From Bacteroidia bacterium (GTDB lineage: Bacteria > Bacteroidota > Bacteroidia > UKL13-3): a stretch of DNA of 64,000 nt. Of the stretch, positions 62,872-64,000 are shown one piece after another; position 1 is the stretch's first letter, and each line of letters opens with the position of its first letter. The stretch is taken from assembly GCA_041665785.1 (NCBI GenBank), contig JBAYIE010000020.1, forward strand, positions 14,789-78,788, in the 5' to 3' direction. The position numbers and the translations under genes were made by a program. The notes under the pieces are model-generated. The model searched no databases. It was not told the DNA's origin and was given only the letters and a program-made list of their open reading frames with translations.

Positions 62872-64000
62872 ATGGAAATGCTGATTATTCTGGGTTTGAT
62901 TTTATTAAACGGGGTATTTGCCATGTCGGAGATTGCAATGGTTTCTTCTCGCAAATCAAGGCTCGAAACGGCTTTTAAACGAGGCGATCTGGCAGCAGGA
63001 AAAGCACTTGACCTTTCGCGCAATCCGGGAAAATTTCTTTCTACGGTTCAAATTGGCATTACTCTCATAGGTATCCTAACAGGTATTTATAGCGGAGAAA
63101 AAATAGAAGATGATTTAACCGCTTATTTAAACCAATTCGCATTACTTGCTGCATACAGCGAAACGCTTGCTATCACCATCATTGTAATTACCTTGACTTT
63201 CTTTTCGCTGGTTTTGGGAGAGTTGGTTCCTAAACGAATCGGATTAACTATGCCGGAGAAAATTTCAAAACTCCTGGCATTTCCGATGTACTGGATTTCT
63301 ATTTTAACCGCACCTTTTACCTGGTTGCTAACATTTACATCCGATCTTTTAATCAGACTATTTCGCATTCAACCTTCGCACGATGGAAAAATTACCGAAG
63401 AAGAAATAAAAGCCATCATTCAGGAAGGTACTGAAGGAGGTGCTATTCAGGAAATAGAACAGGATATTGTAGAACGTGTATTCAGCATGGGCGATCGGTT
63501 GGTATCCTCGCTAATGACCCACCGCAACGATACCGTCATGTTAAAAACGGATTTCAGCCGTGAAGAAGTGCAGCAAACCGTTAATCGTGAAATGCATTCT
63601 ATATATCCGGTAACCGACCCGGAAATGAACGTGGTTGGAATGATTGCCTTGAAAGATCTGTTTCGACATTTGCAAGATCCTCAATTCATGCTAACTGATC
63701 ATATCCGAAAACCTCAATACATCGCCGAAAATATGTCGGCCTACGAGGCACTTAAACTCTTCAAATCCGGTAAAACGCATCAGGCTATTGTGATGGATGA
63801 ATTTGGTCAGATGCAGGGTTTGGTTACCATGAATGACTTGTTGGAAGCTCTGGTGGGTGATGTATCTGAATTTTACGAGTCTGAATTTGTATTTACCCAA
63901 AGGGCGGATGGCAGCTGGCTCATCGATGGGCAATATCCATTGACTGAATTCCTGCTCAAATTTGATCTGGCCGACCTGAGCAATGATTATCCGTTCAACA
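62872..64000 (+). CDS. CNNM/CorC-type hemolysin-family protein (DUF21 membrane domain plus CBS pair), 3' end beyond the window
   Basis: Not in the ORF track because it is open at the window end. Manual translation from the ATG at 62872 gives MEMLIILGLILLNGVFAMSEIAMVSSRKSRLE…STVQIGITLIGI (DUF21). The downstream CBS-type sequence is …IYPVTDPEMNVVGMIALKDL… and …HQAIVMDEFGQMQGLVTMNDLLEALVGD. Confidence 0.85.
   Translation, partial: MEMLIILGLILLNGVFAMSEIAMVSSRKSRLETAFKRGDLAAGKALDLSRNPGKFLSTVQIGITLIGILTGIYSGEKIEDDLTAYLNQFALLAAYSETLAITIIVITLTFFSLVLGELVPKRIGLTMPEKISKLLAFPMYWISILTAPFTWLLTFTSDLLIRLFRIQPSHDGKITEEEIKAIIQEGTEGGAIQEIEQDIVERVFSMGDRLVSSLMTHRNDTVMLKTDFSREEVQQTVNREMHSIYPVTDPEMNVVGMIALKDLFRHLQDPQFMLTDHIRKPQYIAENMSAYEALKLFKSGKTHQAIVMDEFGQMQGLVTMNDLLEALVGDVSEFYESEFVFTQRADGSWLIDGQYPLTEFLLKFDLADLSNDYPFN

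Noticed and set aside
1-64000. tRNA, rRNA, tmRNA or RNase P genes.
   Set aside because: Scanning for T-loop (GGTTCGAATCC-like) and other hallmark motifs found nothing outside coding sequence. The only GGTTCGAAAC, at about 10921, is inside the pirin gene. This is an eyeball-level search only.

Overview
This 64-kb window looks like a chromosomal segment of a Bacteroidota-type genome. The signs are four proteins with T9SS C-terminal sorting domains, TonB-dependent receptors with CarboxypepD_reg-like N-termini, TAnnTTTG -7 promoter boxes, and a divergent tamB/tsaD pair. I saw no tRNA, rRNA, CRISPR array, transposase or integrase gene.

About two thirds of the window is ordinary core content:
- fatty acid desaturase, a LytS/LytTR two-component pair, pirin, an Rrf2 regulator, TauE, MtaB
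- a TonB-receptor-like, TPR and beta-barrel gene trio
- SulP, S41 protease, 2OG oxygenase, TamB, TsaD, GatB, TlpA, BCCP, M1 aminopeptidase
- a K+ module (KdpD-type kinase, KdpE, Kup, porin) and a CNNM/CorC gene at the window edge

The regions that deserve a second look:
1. **1575-5995:** a compact three-gene operon whose products look like an SMC-type ATPase, a kleisin-sized helical protein and a MukE/JetB-like small subunit. The gene order is permuted, the SMC is unusually short, and no JetD/MksG nuclease gene is adjacent. This is my best candidate for an undescribed condensin-like or defence-like system.
2. **40007-43121:** a sharply AT-rich ~3-kb island. Its secreted lipase gene is cut by a single in-frame TAA that separates the Ser nucleophile from the putative Asp/His residues. 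A BamB-like lipoprotein gene is tightly coupled to it.
3. **44.6-49.8 kb:** an accessory stretch of small co-oriented genes (PaiB, two paralogous lipoproteins, VapBC-like, a small membrane protein). Every gene junction carries copies of a ~29-nt hairpin repeat family, including a compensatory stem mutation, hairpin-deleted variants and a tandemly duplicated gene 3' end.
4. **52533-53612:** a MazEF-type module bracketed by inverted composite repeats whose hairpin stems covary.
5. **56787-57317:** three and a bit 125-bp tandem repeats flanked by two different heptamer microsatellites. The hairpin core of this repeat recurs at 62673, so the K+ module is bracketed by it.
6. **62727-62854:** four copies of an 18-20-bp palindrome just upstream of the CNNM gene.

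All family assignments come from reading motifs by eye. No searches were run.
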